NCBI GenBank assembly: GCA_951406725.2
Contig: OX597819.1
Coordinates: forward strand, 61,814,001-61,878,000
Direction of reading: 5' to 3'
Length of the DNA stretch: 64,000 nucleotides
DNA from: Octopus vulgaris
Lineage: Eukaryota
Shown: piece by piece, positions 14,178 through 27,388 of the stretch
How positions within the stretch are numbered: position 1 is the first letter of the stretch
Layout of the letters: each line of letters opens with the position of its first letter
Notes under the pieces: model-generated
Database searches by the model: none
The model's input: only the letters and a program-made list of their open reading frames with translations
Told to the model about the DNA's origin: nothing
Program-made: the position numbers and the translations under genes

Positions 14178-17100
14178 CTTGAAAGGTAAGCTGACTGAAT
14201 TGTTGGCATGTAGGACAAAATGCTTAGTGACTTATTACTTCTGGCTCTTTGCTTGCTGAGTTCAAATTCCATCAAGGTTGGCAATGCTTTACATCCTTTC
14301 AATGGTGATAAAATAAATACCAACCAAACCCTAGAGTATGTGTAATCAATTTGCCCCCTCCCCTAAAACTGCTGGCTTTGTGCCAAATTTTCAAACCATT
14401 ATTATGTTCCTTTAAGTTATCATTATCATAAAGGTGTCTGTTGCATGAGGATTTTTAGGATTCTGACCTAGCAACTGAAGTGTTACTGATGTGATCTTTT
14501 TGTAAAGATCTTTATTTATTTATTTTGTTATCTTAAGCTTTGTCTGTAACTAGATTCTATGGAGAGGCATACTTCATCTCTCTGTGAGATATGGAGACTA
14601 AATATAATTGATGAATTCTTAGCTAAACTTTGTAGAGTTGAGGCCAGATCCTCAGAGTTACATGTGAGAAGATAAATATTCAAGCCCTGTTTAACACAGG
14701 TGCACCATTTCATTCCAGAACAATCCTCATAATCATCATCAACACCCATTTTTTTCTGTGCTTGGATGGAAATTCATTGAGGCAAGTTTTCTATGGCCAG
14801 ATGCCCATACACCAACTCTCACCTGTTTCCAAGCAAAGTTATATTTTCTCAGACCTGAACACATTTTCACGGAAGATTGAAAATTGTCGTTGCTTGTATG
14901 ATGGCAATGTACATTTACAGCTATTATGTAATGCCAACACAAGGTGTTGCACACACATAGGACAGGTTTCTTTCAGTTTCCATTTACCAAATCCCCTTGT
15001 TACATAAGACTCTCACAAAACTATGTGATTGGGAAGTGAGTCAACCAACCACACTGTCATGTTTGTGCCTGTATTCTTAATCTTAATCTTTGTATGGCAG
15101 TTTTTCAGAAATTGTATTAATTCCTCTGACTAAGCTTAATCTAGTGATAATAATTTCTGTAGACTATGATTAAGATTTTTTTCCAATGTAGGCAATAAGC
15201 CAAATGAATTCTCACTATATTGCTAATGCTGATTTTCTCAATTTTGTTGATGGAAAGAGTAAACTAACCCATGTTAATTAAATGGTCATATAGTACACCT
15301 AACAATAATGGAGTTTACTCAATAGTAATATTGAAACGATTTAATTTCTGTTGACTAGCAGACTGATCAATTTAATGATATTAGAAAAGGGTTTTGGAAT
15401 TTTAGTACTACAAAATGTTAATGACTATCACCAATTAAGAGCTGTGCTGTAAAGTTAATAGGCCTTACGCTCCTTCAGAGCAGTCATGAGAGAACTGAGG
15501 TCCATGGGACTTTCTGAATGGTATGCCTAATGAAAAATTACCTTAAATTTTTTTTAGTATTACAACCTGCTTCATTATAAGCAGTGTCTCATTCAGCCTG
15601 CTTCTCAAAAAAGGTTGCTTGTGTCTTCTAGGGAAACAAAGAGGTGAAACATAGTTTAGAACTTGAAATATTAACCGTATGCCAAGCTTAAACATACATT
15701 AAATACAAATACTATCACCACCATTATTTAATGTCTGTTTTATCTGCTGGCATGTGTTGGATGGTTTGACAGGATCCAACAAGCTACAAGGTTTTGTCAA
15801 TATCATGAAATATATAAATTTCAATTTTAATAAACCTAACTGAAGAAACATTTATTTTGATACCCAGTGTGATAACTTAAATGTCTTCATGTAAGTTTTT
15901 ACATATCATCACCATCATTCTTTCTTATTACTGTTATGAGTTAAATGAGTGTACCATTATTCTTCACAATCCAGTGATCATTATTCTGAGGACTAACATT
16001 CTCAGACTCTACTCCTCTTGTATTTTTCATCATCTTGACCTCTCAACACACTTTACTTTTAGCTCCCTAAGGAGTTCACTTCCCAAGAACATGGTTTCAG
16101 ATTTAGCCCCACTCTATGGCACCATGGGCAAATGCCTTTTCTTATGGGCCCTTGGCTAAATGGGGAATGAGTGTGTTTTTGTGTCTCTTTGTCACGACAT
16201 TGTGCGATTGTTGTAAATGAGCATCACTATCATATAAGCAGTGATGTTCACTTCTCATCTTCTGAAAGGCTATGGGGGAACATTACCTTGCTCAGAAACA
16301 AGTAAGGGTTGGTGACAGGAAGGGCATCTGGCTGTAGAAAATCTGCCTCAGTAAATTCTGTCTGACCCATTCACATGCAAGCTTGAAAAAAGTAGACTGC
16401 AAACCAACAATGATGATACTAATGTTGATCATAATAATACTGGTTGTTGTGAAGGTGGTGATTAGAAGTTGTTGACTATGTGCATTACATGTCTGTCATT
16501 ACCATTCTAACTTCTTACCTACCATCAATCAGCAAGTGCTTTTCTTTCTTTCTTACCTTTTTTTTTCATTTTGAATGCCCAAGCACCTGTTCGTCTCATT
16601 TGTACTTTGCTTCTTTCATATACTTCTCTGTTTATGATTGAGCAAACATCAAAACAATTTTTGATCAACTAGCCTATACATCACAACACACCTAGCAACA
16701 AGAACAAGCATTGTCATTTAATTTGAGACTTGATTTGTCAGTCTTTTTTTGTAAAAGTTTGCATTCAAATTGTATCATCATATTAGAGAGAGAGAGAATT
16801 ACCTGGAGTCACTTAAAGTACTTGCCATAACCTGCTTCCTCCTTGAATTAATCTGTTTTGTTTAATCTAGTTGAAATATCTTCCCCATTGAATTCATTTC
16901 CTCCTTTATCTCATTTTGCTGTCTTTTATTGTTAAGTTTGTCATGTACTTGATGTTTCATCATAGTTTCAGTTATAGCAGTTTGATCATGAACAGATCTC
17001 AGGTTTTACTACTTTTTCCTTGAGTATGCCTTCTCCCCGCCTCTCTTTCTCTCTGTGAAAGTTTAAGTTTACTACCCAAGTAAAGCCGTGATAGGATTTG

Positions 17101-20100
17101 AACTCTGAATGCAAAGAGCTGGAACAAAGAGTGCTAAATTAGTAGTCCTATGTTCTTACAGTTCTATCTGTCTGCCAACCTAGACTGATGTTTTATTTCT
17201 TTTTATTAGCCACATAAAAAGTTCTGGTGTTGATGCCACATAAAAAGCACCCAGTACACTCTGTAAAGTGGTTGGCATTAGGAAGGGCATCCAGCCATAG
17301 AAACCATGACAAAATAAAACAATTGGAACCTGGTGCAGCTCTCTGGCTTGCCAGCTCCTGTCAAACCATCCAATCCATACCAGCATCGAAAACAGGCATC
17401 AAATGATGATAATGAAAGGATGAAAGACAAAGCTGACCTTGGTGGGATTTGAACTCAGAATGCAGGGGAACCAGAACATACTACAAGGCATTCTAGTTGA
17501 TGCTGTAGTGACTCAGAGTATTTTTAGTGAAAAGTGAAGGTATGGTAGTTAGATTCCATTGCATGATAAGTGCTTGTAGTTCAAATGTGTCTTATGGAAA
17601 TTGTACATTTGTTAGTACCGTATGTTATTGGAGAATTTGAGAGGAAGACTATGAGATTGTGCAGCAACATATAAAGTATCCTTCTAGAGTATTAAGTATT
17701 GAGTTATACAGTTAGATTTAGGTTGCTGCTGTTGATGTCTCTATTGGCAATGCTTCATAACATGTTCTAACATGCTGTGTCTGAACAGCAGTGTCCATTA
17801 TGTAAAATATGGTGGCAGTCATCTCTATCCAGCAGTGTAACCTAAGCTTGAAAATAAGGCTGTACTGAATGAAGAACTGAATGCTTATTCATATTTATGC
17901 TTTGGACATATTTTAAATAAATTATGACTTCCTTTTTTTAATCTGGTCTCATAAGCAGTCATTTTTTCCCCATTAATTATCATGTGTGCATTATTAAAAA
18001 CATGTGAAATTAATAATAATCAATAAGATATCTGCAGCCAACCAGAATAAATCGGATTAATATATATCCCTGTTGGTAATTATCTTCTTCCTTGACTAGA
18101 AATATGTTTCCCAATGGCATTGCATTGATTGGGTTCTGCCATTAGCATAATTTTTTTGTTTTTCTGTCTGATCTTGACGTAGCCTTTTGGTTGCTATAAA
18201 GATATCATCTACAGCAAATAACATTGTTAATATTATAATAAGCATTATGTAACTCTGTAAACTGATTGCAAAATTGCAATGGTTACTTAACTGAGTGACA
18301 TAAGTTCCATACATGGTTTCTTCATAACAGACAGTATTGACCAAAATGGAGCCACATCACCATGGAATCATTCTTACACAGCACTTTTTGCTCAGCAATT
18401 ATGAGTGATGTTGATTACTAAGCTGTCTTTTTCTTTTTTTCTGATTAGCATATGTATTCATTATTAAACAATCAGTCTTATTGACTTCTGGCAAGTAAAG
18501 ATAATAGAATTTTGAAATCAATTCTTTTTCTCACGGTCATTATGGCCTAAGTGAGATGCAACAACTTCAACTAGGAATCAAAATTACATTGCTCATGAAT
18601 GTTATAAAAATCCTAAAATGTCATCCAGTAAAAATATCTAAACTGTACACTTTGCATAAATAATTTTTATCCTTCCACAGTTCCTGCTTCTGTTATCATC
18701 CCTTCTGGCAAACAGATTGTTCATTTTGTTGCTATTGGAAGGAACTGTGACAATATTGTTTAAGTTATTTTATGTTAAACTCTTGTTAGATTAATTAGTC
18801 CAGTGTGGCATTAACTGAGGAGACACAACAAGTTCGAAACACCAGGTGCCCCAAAGTTCCCTTACCCTAATGAATCAAATGTGTTGTGAACACACGTTCA
18901 TCTCAAAGAAGTTGTTGAACTTGCTGCAATGTTAAAACATAAATGTGTATGTCATCATTCATATTTTATGTTGTTTACATGGAAAAATACACATTTATAC
19001 TATGGGCAATTGGATAAGAATGGTTTGAATTGTTGAATATTATTGATAAGAATACCATAAAAAGAAGAGAGAATGACTTAATTGGTCAAAAAGTTTGGTT
19101 GTAGCTGTGCTATAAGTAAATATGGCAAGCATATTTTTTTAGAAAAAGCATGACTGCTGCACATATCTATATCTTTATATATATACGCGTGCGTCTGTGT
19201 GTATTATTTCAGTATTTCATTGAGGTACAAACACTAGCATTTGTTTAGGCAGGTTAAACTTTAATTTCTTACAAGGAATAAAGAAAACAGTTTGTGAAGG
19301 AGGAAGTAATAAAGAATGTCTTCAATATATGTCAAAAGTAACTCTATGTGTGTGTAATACATACCATTTTATTGTGAAAGAAGTAATTATTTTGAGATAC
19401 AAAATGATTGCTAAATTACGATAGCTTTGTAGTTTAGAAAAAATATATGTACCACCAAGTGAAAGAGTAAAAAGCATATAAGTAAGTGTATGTCTGTGCT
19501 TACATCCACTCAACTATCTTGATGAATAGGGTTGCTAAAATCTCAAAGACCTATCAAAAATCTAGGATAGCGAGGTACATGTTACCTTATTGTCTAGCAA
19601 TACTGGACAGGGTTACAGAAATAGCCAAAATGCCATCTTTCATTATTATTTCCCTTGTCATAAAGCCACATTCCTCCTTTGTAGCTTCACTCATTTGAAG
19701 GAGATTTTAGTGTTGCAAGCAGCATGGTGACATCACTAGTGCTGGTGCCATGAAAAAGGCTCCCAGGAGGTGGGCATTAGGAAGAGTATCAAGCAGTAGA
19801 AACTATGCCAAAGTAGCCATTGGAATAAAATACAATCCTCGAACCCATTACATCAGACTATCTAATCTTGATTTAGAAAGGTTGGTTGGTAACGATGATG
19901 ATGGACGTATTTTGCTATATTATCGTAGTATGATCTGAACGTTCTCTTATTTGATTGTTGCTGTAGTTTAGTTCTTCTCCATCTCTGATTGAGCATACCT
20001 ATGGTCAAAGATATTCCACTTTTACCCATCCTTTCATCAGTGCTGGTGGGTGCCAATAAAAAGCACCCACTACACTCTATAAAGTGGTTGGCTTTAGGAA

Positions 20101-20740
20101 AGGTGTCCAGTCATAGAAACTGTGCCAAAGCAGTAGAGCTTGGCACAGTCCTCTGGTTTTCCAGCTCCTATTTAACCATCCAACCCATGCCAACATGAAA
20201 AACAGACAAAATGATGATAATGATGTCTAGGACTACACAGAGCAGCATCTTTTTTGCTTTTCTTAAGACGGAAGAGTGTGATTCAGTGGAATATGGTTGA
20301 TGTAGAGTCCCTTGTTATCACGGTATTGGTCAGTGGCTATTTAGTTAAGGTCTGTCTTGACAGTCTGGCTGATCAATAACTTGTATGCACAGCTCTTCTT
20401 TTCCCTCACAAATATAAAACATTTTAGGCATAAGCAGATGCTCACCTACTTTAAGGGATTATTGTCAACAGTTGTAAGTGCACTTAGCTAGATTTTAATC
20501 CACAGATGATTAAACCAGTCTGTTTGATGTACTTATCAGTCTGCATGTCTTTTCTATCTCTACAGATAGTCATGTTTAGGGCTGAATAGAGAGATTTGTT
20601 ACTGAGCAAAGTCAAGGTCTTCTCATTCACTAGTGTATGAGAAACAAATATTCACCTTTCGTTCTAATTTTTAAACTTCATTGCAGCTTCTTTATATATA
20701 TATATGAACCAAAGTGTACATACGCCGCTATATTGTTTTA

Positions 20741-20880
20741 TTAGATGATACAATAAAGGGACAGCAAAACATCCAGCCAGACGATACAAAGAAAACAAGG
20801 ACGGGTCATTCGGAGTTTTCTGTCCCTTTTTGTATCACCTAACTGTCTGGATGTTTTGTGTTCTTGTCCCATTTTTGTAT
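20741..20880. repeat. rearranged inverted repeat between (TA)n tracts, possibly a Penelope-like end fragment
   Basis: TTAGATGATACAATAAAGGGACAG pairs with CTGTCCCTTTTTGTATCACCTAA; CAAAACATCCAG pairs with CTGGATGTTTTG. Confidence 0.6.
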
Positions 20881-20896
20881 TTTAGATATATATATA

Positions 20897-21238
20897 TTCT
20901 GAGACCCCCTTTGGTCACAACACTGACCATGGGATTGCACATAGAAAGTTACCCTCCCAAGCACAAGTCCAGGCAAGGTTGTTTATGGAAGACCATCAGT
21001 TGCCCATGCATACCAGCCTCTCCTCTCCACACCACTGATGTCATCCAAGGAAAAGGCAAAGGCCGATACAGCTTGGCACCTGTGACGTCGCAACTCATTT
21101 CTACAGCTGAGTGAACTGGAGCAACGTGAAATAAAGTGTCTTGCTCAAGAACATAATACACAGCCTGGTCCGGGATTCGAGCTCACAACCTCATGATCAT
21201 AAGCTCGACGCTCTAACCACTGAGCCATGTGCCTTCAC
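20897..21238 (-). mobile_element. tRNA-derived SINE, family C, young copy
   Basis: Minus strand starts GTGAAGGCACATGGCTCAGTGGTTAGAGCG (A box) ... GAGCTCGAATCCC (B box); CpGs retained. Confidence 0.88.
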
Positions 21239-24200
21239 ATCTATATATATATATATAAGAGAGAGAGAGATGTATAGTTGTGAGTTTAAAGCTCCATGTA
21301 GAATATCATCATCTAGTTTACATCCAGTATAACAGTGTGGTTACTATTGTAGTTAGTAGTATTACTGATTATGATATACAGAGCAACATCCACAATGGTG
21401 AAGTATACATTAGGAACAAAGGATATAAACTGCATCTTGTATTTATCATACTTTCCGTGCTGTGCGCACAGGTGTGTGTGATCTGCTATACTCTTTTACC
21501 ATATTATCTTTGTATGATCCAAACATTATCTTATGGGGTTGTTGGTATTTAGCTCCTGTTCAGCCCTAATTGAGCAAACCTATGATCAAAGATATTCCGC
21601 TCGTGGCCATGCTATTGGTGTTTTTTTGTAATATCTGCGACTACATTATATGCATGTGTATGTATGTATATATTGAATGTGATAGTCGGAATCTAGAACT
21701 GTATCAGTTTTATAAGTCACACCACTACAACCTCCCATTCATTAATTGTTAGCTGAAGCGAAATTTCATTTGCAAACTGGATTTGAACTTGCTTTATCCT
21801 ATTCTGACATTTTACTGTCAAAAGCTCCTGACATCCTACAGCTAATACTTATATCATTATCCATTTCCTCCCTCTCAGTTAATCACTCTGCCTTCTCTTT
21901 GCTTTTTTCCCTTGCATCCTTATCGTCCTCATTCATTACATCCAGTTTTGTTGTTGTGGTTGTTATTTTATTTTATTTATTTTTTTTTTTTTACTATAGA
22001 TGTCTGTTGCAGCCTTTCCTCTCTTGTTTGTATGTAGGGCAGGGGTGATGGCTTATGTCTTTTTAATGAAGTCCTCTTGGTTAGGGTCTAAATTATATTA
22101 CATAGAAAATGTAGAAAGCGAAAAATAAATTACAGTATGGAATGAAATAATTTGTTGCAATTATGAGTCATACAAGTTTTATCAGAACAACTGTAATTAC
22201 TGAGGAAATCATAAACTTATGGGGTTTTTTTTTTAATCTTTTATCTTATTGTCCAACTAATTGAACTATGCAGTCTGTACATGGCCCCCTTGCTTCTGAT
22301 TGCATCAAGTTGCTTTGGGTGGGGGCAGCATATTTTACGCAGCAAGTTTACCTACTGCAGGAGTATTAATTTGTTTATTTGTCCTGTTTTATGAAAGTGA
22401 ACTTTCATAAAAGTGTATATATTTTGACCGCTTTTATGCACAAGACACACATATAGAGAGAGATTGATAGATATAAATATTTTTGACAGGCTTCTTTCAC
22501 TTTCTTTCCATGTACCAAATAAATTCAGAAAGCTTTGGCCAGCCCAGGGCTTTAGTTGAAGATACTTGCCCAAGGTGCCATGCAGTGGGATTGAACCCAT
22601 GGTTGGGAACCAAGCTTCTGGTCTTTTTCAACAACTTGAACAAGCATTTTCTACTAAAACCACAGATCATCCAAAACCATGTGAATGAATTTGGAAACTG
22701 AAAGAAGCCTGTCATGTGTGTGTGTGTGTGTGTGTGTAACTTTGTCTAGACATCACATGATGGCTGTAAATGAGCATCACCATCATACAAGTGAGGTTAT
22801 TAGTTTCTAGTCTTCCGTGGAAAGCCTGTCTAGCCATGGAAGAATATTGCCTTGCCTGGAAACAGATGAGGGTTGGTGACAGGAAGGGCATCTGATTGTA
22901 GAAATTCTGTCTCAACAAATTCAGACTGACCCATGCAAGCATGAAAAAGAGGACATTAAAACGATGAGGATGATACATAAATACATACATATGTACCACT
23001 GTTAAATTCAAAACATCTTAATTGACAATCCTGATCATAGAAATAGTTAATAAGCCCTAGTCAGTATTTTAGCACAACTTATTTAATGTCCATTGTCCAT
23101 TCTGGCATGGGCTGAACAGCTTGACTGGGCTGGCATGCTGGAAGGCTGTGCCAGGCTCCAGTCTGATTTAGTATGGTTTTCTATGGCTGGATGTCCTTCC
23201 TAACGCCAAACCACCTCGAGGGTGTAATAGGTGCTTTTATGTGCCACTGGCATGGGTGCCATTTGCATGACACTGGTATCTGCCATGACTGTGTTTTTGC
23301 TCGGCTTGATGGGTTTTCTTCTCAAGCATGACATAATATTGCAGGTCTTGGTCATTGCCTCCATGGGGTCCAACACTTGAAAGTAACTCAGCCACTTTGC
23401 TTGCATGAGGCAAATTACTGACCCCTAGCCAAACAAATCACTAACATTGTTTCAGATTTTGGCACAAGGCCAGTAACTTTAGGTAGGGGATTAGTCATTT
23501 ACATTGGCACCAGTCTTGGTACTTATTTTATCAAAGCTTGAAAGCCAAGTTGACCTCAGCAGTATTTGAACTTGGTATGTAAAGAACTGGAAGAAAAATT
23601 TGTGCTGCTAGCATTTTATCTGATATGCTAATAAATCTGCCAGCTCACTGCCTTACTAATGGTAGGAATAATTGTTTCTAATTCTGGTATAGGGGCCAAC
23701 AATTTTGAGGGGAGGGTATAGCCAATTATATTAAACTGGGTACTTCATTGGTTCTCTATTTTATTCTTTATTGAACCCTACAAGGGTGAAAGACAAAGGT
23801 GACCTCGGCAGTATTTGAACTCAGGATGCAAAGAGCAGGAAGAAATGCATGCTGCCGATCGTATTTGTCTGATGTGCTAATGATTCTACCAGTTTATAGC
23901 AATACAACGTTAAGATTTCTGTTTATTTTTGTTATTTCCGTTGCAACCGCAGACTGCATACACTCTGTGTAACTGTAATGCTATCAAAAATTACATGATT
24001 TGAGCTAACCTTCTAGTAAATCAATAATACATTGTATGATATAAAATATAAGCACCATTAAAAAAAAAGCATCATATTGTTACAGGGTTATAGACACAAA
24101 AGCTAAAGTTTTTTTGATAAGCAATTCTCAGTCATTTATATTAAGTAGATTGAATACAATATTTTGCTTTAATGCACACGTTTGAAACAACATAAATCTA

Positions 24201-25752
24201 GAATTTATGTTAGTTTATATTTTTTATTCAGAAATATAAAGAGCATAAATCATGTTTTATGTTTGAAGACCAAATAATTTGGTAGATTGTGTACAATTTT
24301 GAAAGGCATGGCTGTGGCTGTGTGGTTAAGAAGCTTGGCTCCCAGCCACATGGTTTTAGGTTCAGTCCCACTGTGTGACTCCTTAAGCATCTACTACTAA
24401 AGCTTTGTGAATGGATTTAGTGGAAGGAAACCGAGAGATGCTCCTTGTCTTCACATTGCATGATAGGTGTAAATGAGTGTTACTGTCATACAAGCAGTAT
24501 CATTTCCTATGTTCTGCGAAAACACACCTAGTCATGAGGAAATGTTACCTTGCTTGGAAACAGGTGGGGGGCTTGATAACAGGAAAGGCATCTGACAGTA
24601 GAAAATCTGCTTCAAATGACTCCATCCAACCCAGGCAAGCATGAAAAAGTGAGCATTAAAACAATAAAGATTTTCAAAATTTTCAAAAGCTATTACATTA
24701 AACAATATATTTAGTTTACAGTGGAAGGTTATTCTGGATGCTTTTCTGGTCACCAACCCTTGTTTGTTTCTTTAGTAAGTTAATATTTCTCCGTATCCAG
24801 ACATGTTTTCATGGAAGATTGGAAATGAAGAACATGGCTTGTATGGCAGTGGTGCAAGATGGGCATTTTTCAGTTTCTGTCTATCAAATCCACTCAGCAA
24901 GGCTTTGTTTGACTCTGGACTCTAGTAGAAGGCACTTACACCCCCCCCCCCCCGTGTGTGGGTGTGTGTGTGAGAGTGTGTCTAAGTATGTATTTTTTTT
25001 TTTGTATAATTCTCCTGTAAACTCTAATGGCTCTTCAGTCAAGAGTATAATTGAAATAATCAGCCATGTCAAATGATCACTTAAGCTTTACTGTTTTACC
25101 CTAATAATCATTGAAATATCTACTCTTTTCTTAGTTGCTTGTCATCAGGAAAATACGGTGTTCTGTTATTGTTTCTCTCTTCCCTCTGTCATTTAGGTCC
25201 CCGTCACCTACCCTCCTGTGTTTAGCATTGCCATGACTATGTTGCTTTCTAATCATTATAACTGTAAACTTTATTCATTAAGTGCTTGACTGACAAACTG
25301 AAAATTTCTTAATGATTCACCCAACTCAGATTTTTTGTTATTCTTATTTAATTGTGTAAAAGTATAGGTGATTGAATGATCACATGCAAAGCTTCATGGA
25401 ATAGTCATAGGGCATTAAGCAGTAAGTTAATTGGTTGATTGGTTTATTTTCTAAGATTAGAAAGAAAGCAAGTTGTTTCTAAAGAAATTTGGAAGGTATG
25501 TGAACTTAACGGCAGGGATCATAGTTCAATTGCTTCACATAACAGTACTTGAAAGTAATAACACAAAGAGAAAAAAAGAAGATAAATATTTTCTCTGTGA
25601 AATCCACTGAAAAACTTTTCACTTGAATTACATTACAAATATTCGTTTTATTTTTATAAATTAACTTTTAGGCAAATTTATTTAAAGCCCTTTTAAAACA
25701 ATCCTCATGTACTGCATAAACACACTCTCTGTCTCTCTCGACTGTGTGGAGA

Positions 25753-26795
25753 TGCAGGTGTAGCTGTATGGTAAGAAGCTTGCTTCCCAACCACATGCTT
25801 CTGGGTTCAGTCCCATTGCATGGCACATTGGACAAGCGTCTTCCACTATAGCCTCAGGCCAACCAAAGCCTTGTCAGTGGATTTGGTAGATGGAAACTGA
25901 AAGAAGCCCATCATATATATGTGTGCATGCATTTCTGTGTCTGTGTTTGTCGCCCTACCATCGCTTGACAACCGATGTTGGCGAGTTTATGTTCCCCGTA
26001 ACTTAGCAGTTCAGCAAAAGAGACCAATAGAATAAGTACTAGGCTTACAAAGAATATAAGGTAAACTTATGCTGCATATATGGGTACAGGACATCACAAA
26101 ATGTAAACAACATGAAATACAAAGGCAAACCTGGCTATGTGAACAACAAGAGAAACAAATGGAAAACAAGACAAGTAACATAAAGAACAACCCTTCATCA
26201 GTTGTTGGCTGTTTATATACACCACATTTTGAGCAATTAACGACAATATGAGGCTTCAAAAAACAGTTGCTCCTGTGAACCAAAATAAAATTTGGGATTT
26301 GCAGAGGTTCAAAGTTGGTAACAAAAACAGGACAGTGGAGACATACAACAAACCAAATGAAAACAAACATGGAGGGCCGTTAGACCAGACAATGTAAGGT
26401 AGCAAGGAATATTCTTTGACAAGAGAAAAAATAGGAGACATAAGAATGCGTCTGGTCTGTGCGACAGACTGAAGGAAAAGAAAAATGATCACGTGAGGAA
26501 AAGACGTTTTCAACTGGTTTGTTGTATGTCTCCACTGTCCTGTTTTTGTTACCAACTTTGACCCTCCGCAAAATCCCAAATTTTATTTTGATTCGCAGGA
26601 GCAACTATTTTTTGAAGCCTCATATTGTCATTAATTGCTCAAAATGTGGAGTAGATAAACAGCCGACAGCTGATGAAGGGTCGTTTCTTATGTTACTTGT
26701 CTTGTTTTCCATTTGTTTCTCTCGTTCACATACCCATGTTTGCCTTCGGTGCATCAGCATGGCTGCAGTTCTGAGCTGAAACTACAGAAAAGATA
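25753..26795 (+). mobile_element. SINE family A split by an insertion of about 690 bp
   Basis: The SINE body runs to ...CAAAGAATATAAG (about 26060) and its tail CAGCATGGCTGCAG...CTGAAAC resumes near 26750. Confidence 0.8.
26122..26746. repeat. long inverted repeat, arms about 240 bp, loop about 140 bp
   Basis: 26122-26364 is the reverse complement of 26506-26746; mirrored ORFs 26011..26370(-) and 26519..26779(+) share peptides such as PNFILxxRSNxFLKPHIV. Confidence 0.95.
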
Positions 26796-26823
26796 TACAT
26801 ATATATCTTATTTATATTATATA

Positions 26824-26854
<31 letters not shown>

Positions 26855-27173
26855 TGTGTGTGTGTGCAGGTGTAGTTATATTGTTAAGAAGTTTGCTTCC
26901 TAATTCAGTCCCACAGTGTAGAAGTTTGAGAAAAGTCTTCTATTATTGCCCCAGGTTAACCAATTCATAGTGAGTGAATTTGGTAGATGGAAACTGTACA
27001 GAGAGGGAGAGAAACAGACAGACAGATAGTCCACTCTGTAAAGTGGTTGGTAGTTGAAAGGGCATCAAACTGAAAACTGTGCCAAAGCAGATGATGGAGT
27101 TTGGCACAGTCCCCAGGCTAAAGAGCTCCTGTAAAACCATCCAAGCCATACCAGCATGGAAGATGACTGTTAA

Positions 27174-27388
27174 CCCTTTCATTACCATAATTCTGTTGAG
27201 ATGCTCTGTGTTTCTTTCAATTGATTTTAATTATAACAAGAATTTAGTAAAATAACTTCATTAAGCTTGTGTTAGGAACATAAATTGTGACTAAGGTTTG
27301 GTGGAAGATTTTAATTCAGAACCTTTGAAAACAAGACATTTGTACTAGAGAGCCAGAGGCAGTTTCAGCTGGATTGGTATCAAAAGGG
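27174..27388. mobile_element. piggyBac-like MITE
   Basis: TTAA-CCCTTT...AAAGGG-TTAA ends; inserted at the TTAA of a SINE tail (...GTTAA/TTAAATGATGAT). Confidence 0.85.

Noticed and set aside
21170-21238. tRNA-like A and B boxes on the minus strand
   Set aside because: They continue directly into a SINE body found in several copies; this is a tRNA-derived head, not a tRNA gene.
22000-22029. Possible 30-nt cassette exon after a poly-T tract
   Set aside because: It would split CH1 and create a TAG at the downstream junction; the tract is a simple repeat.
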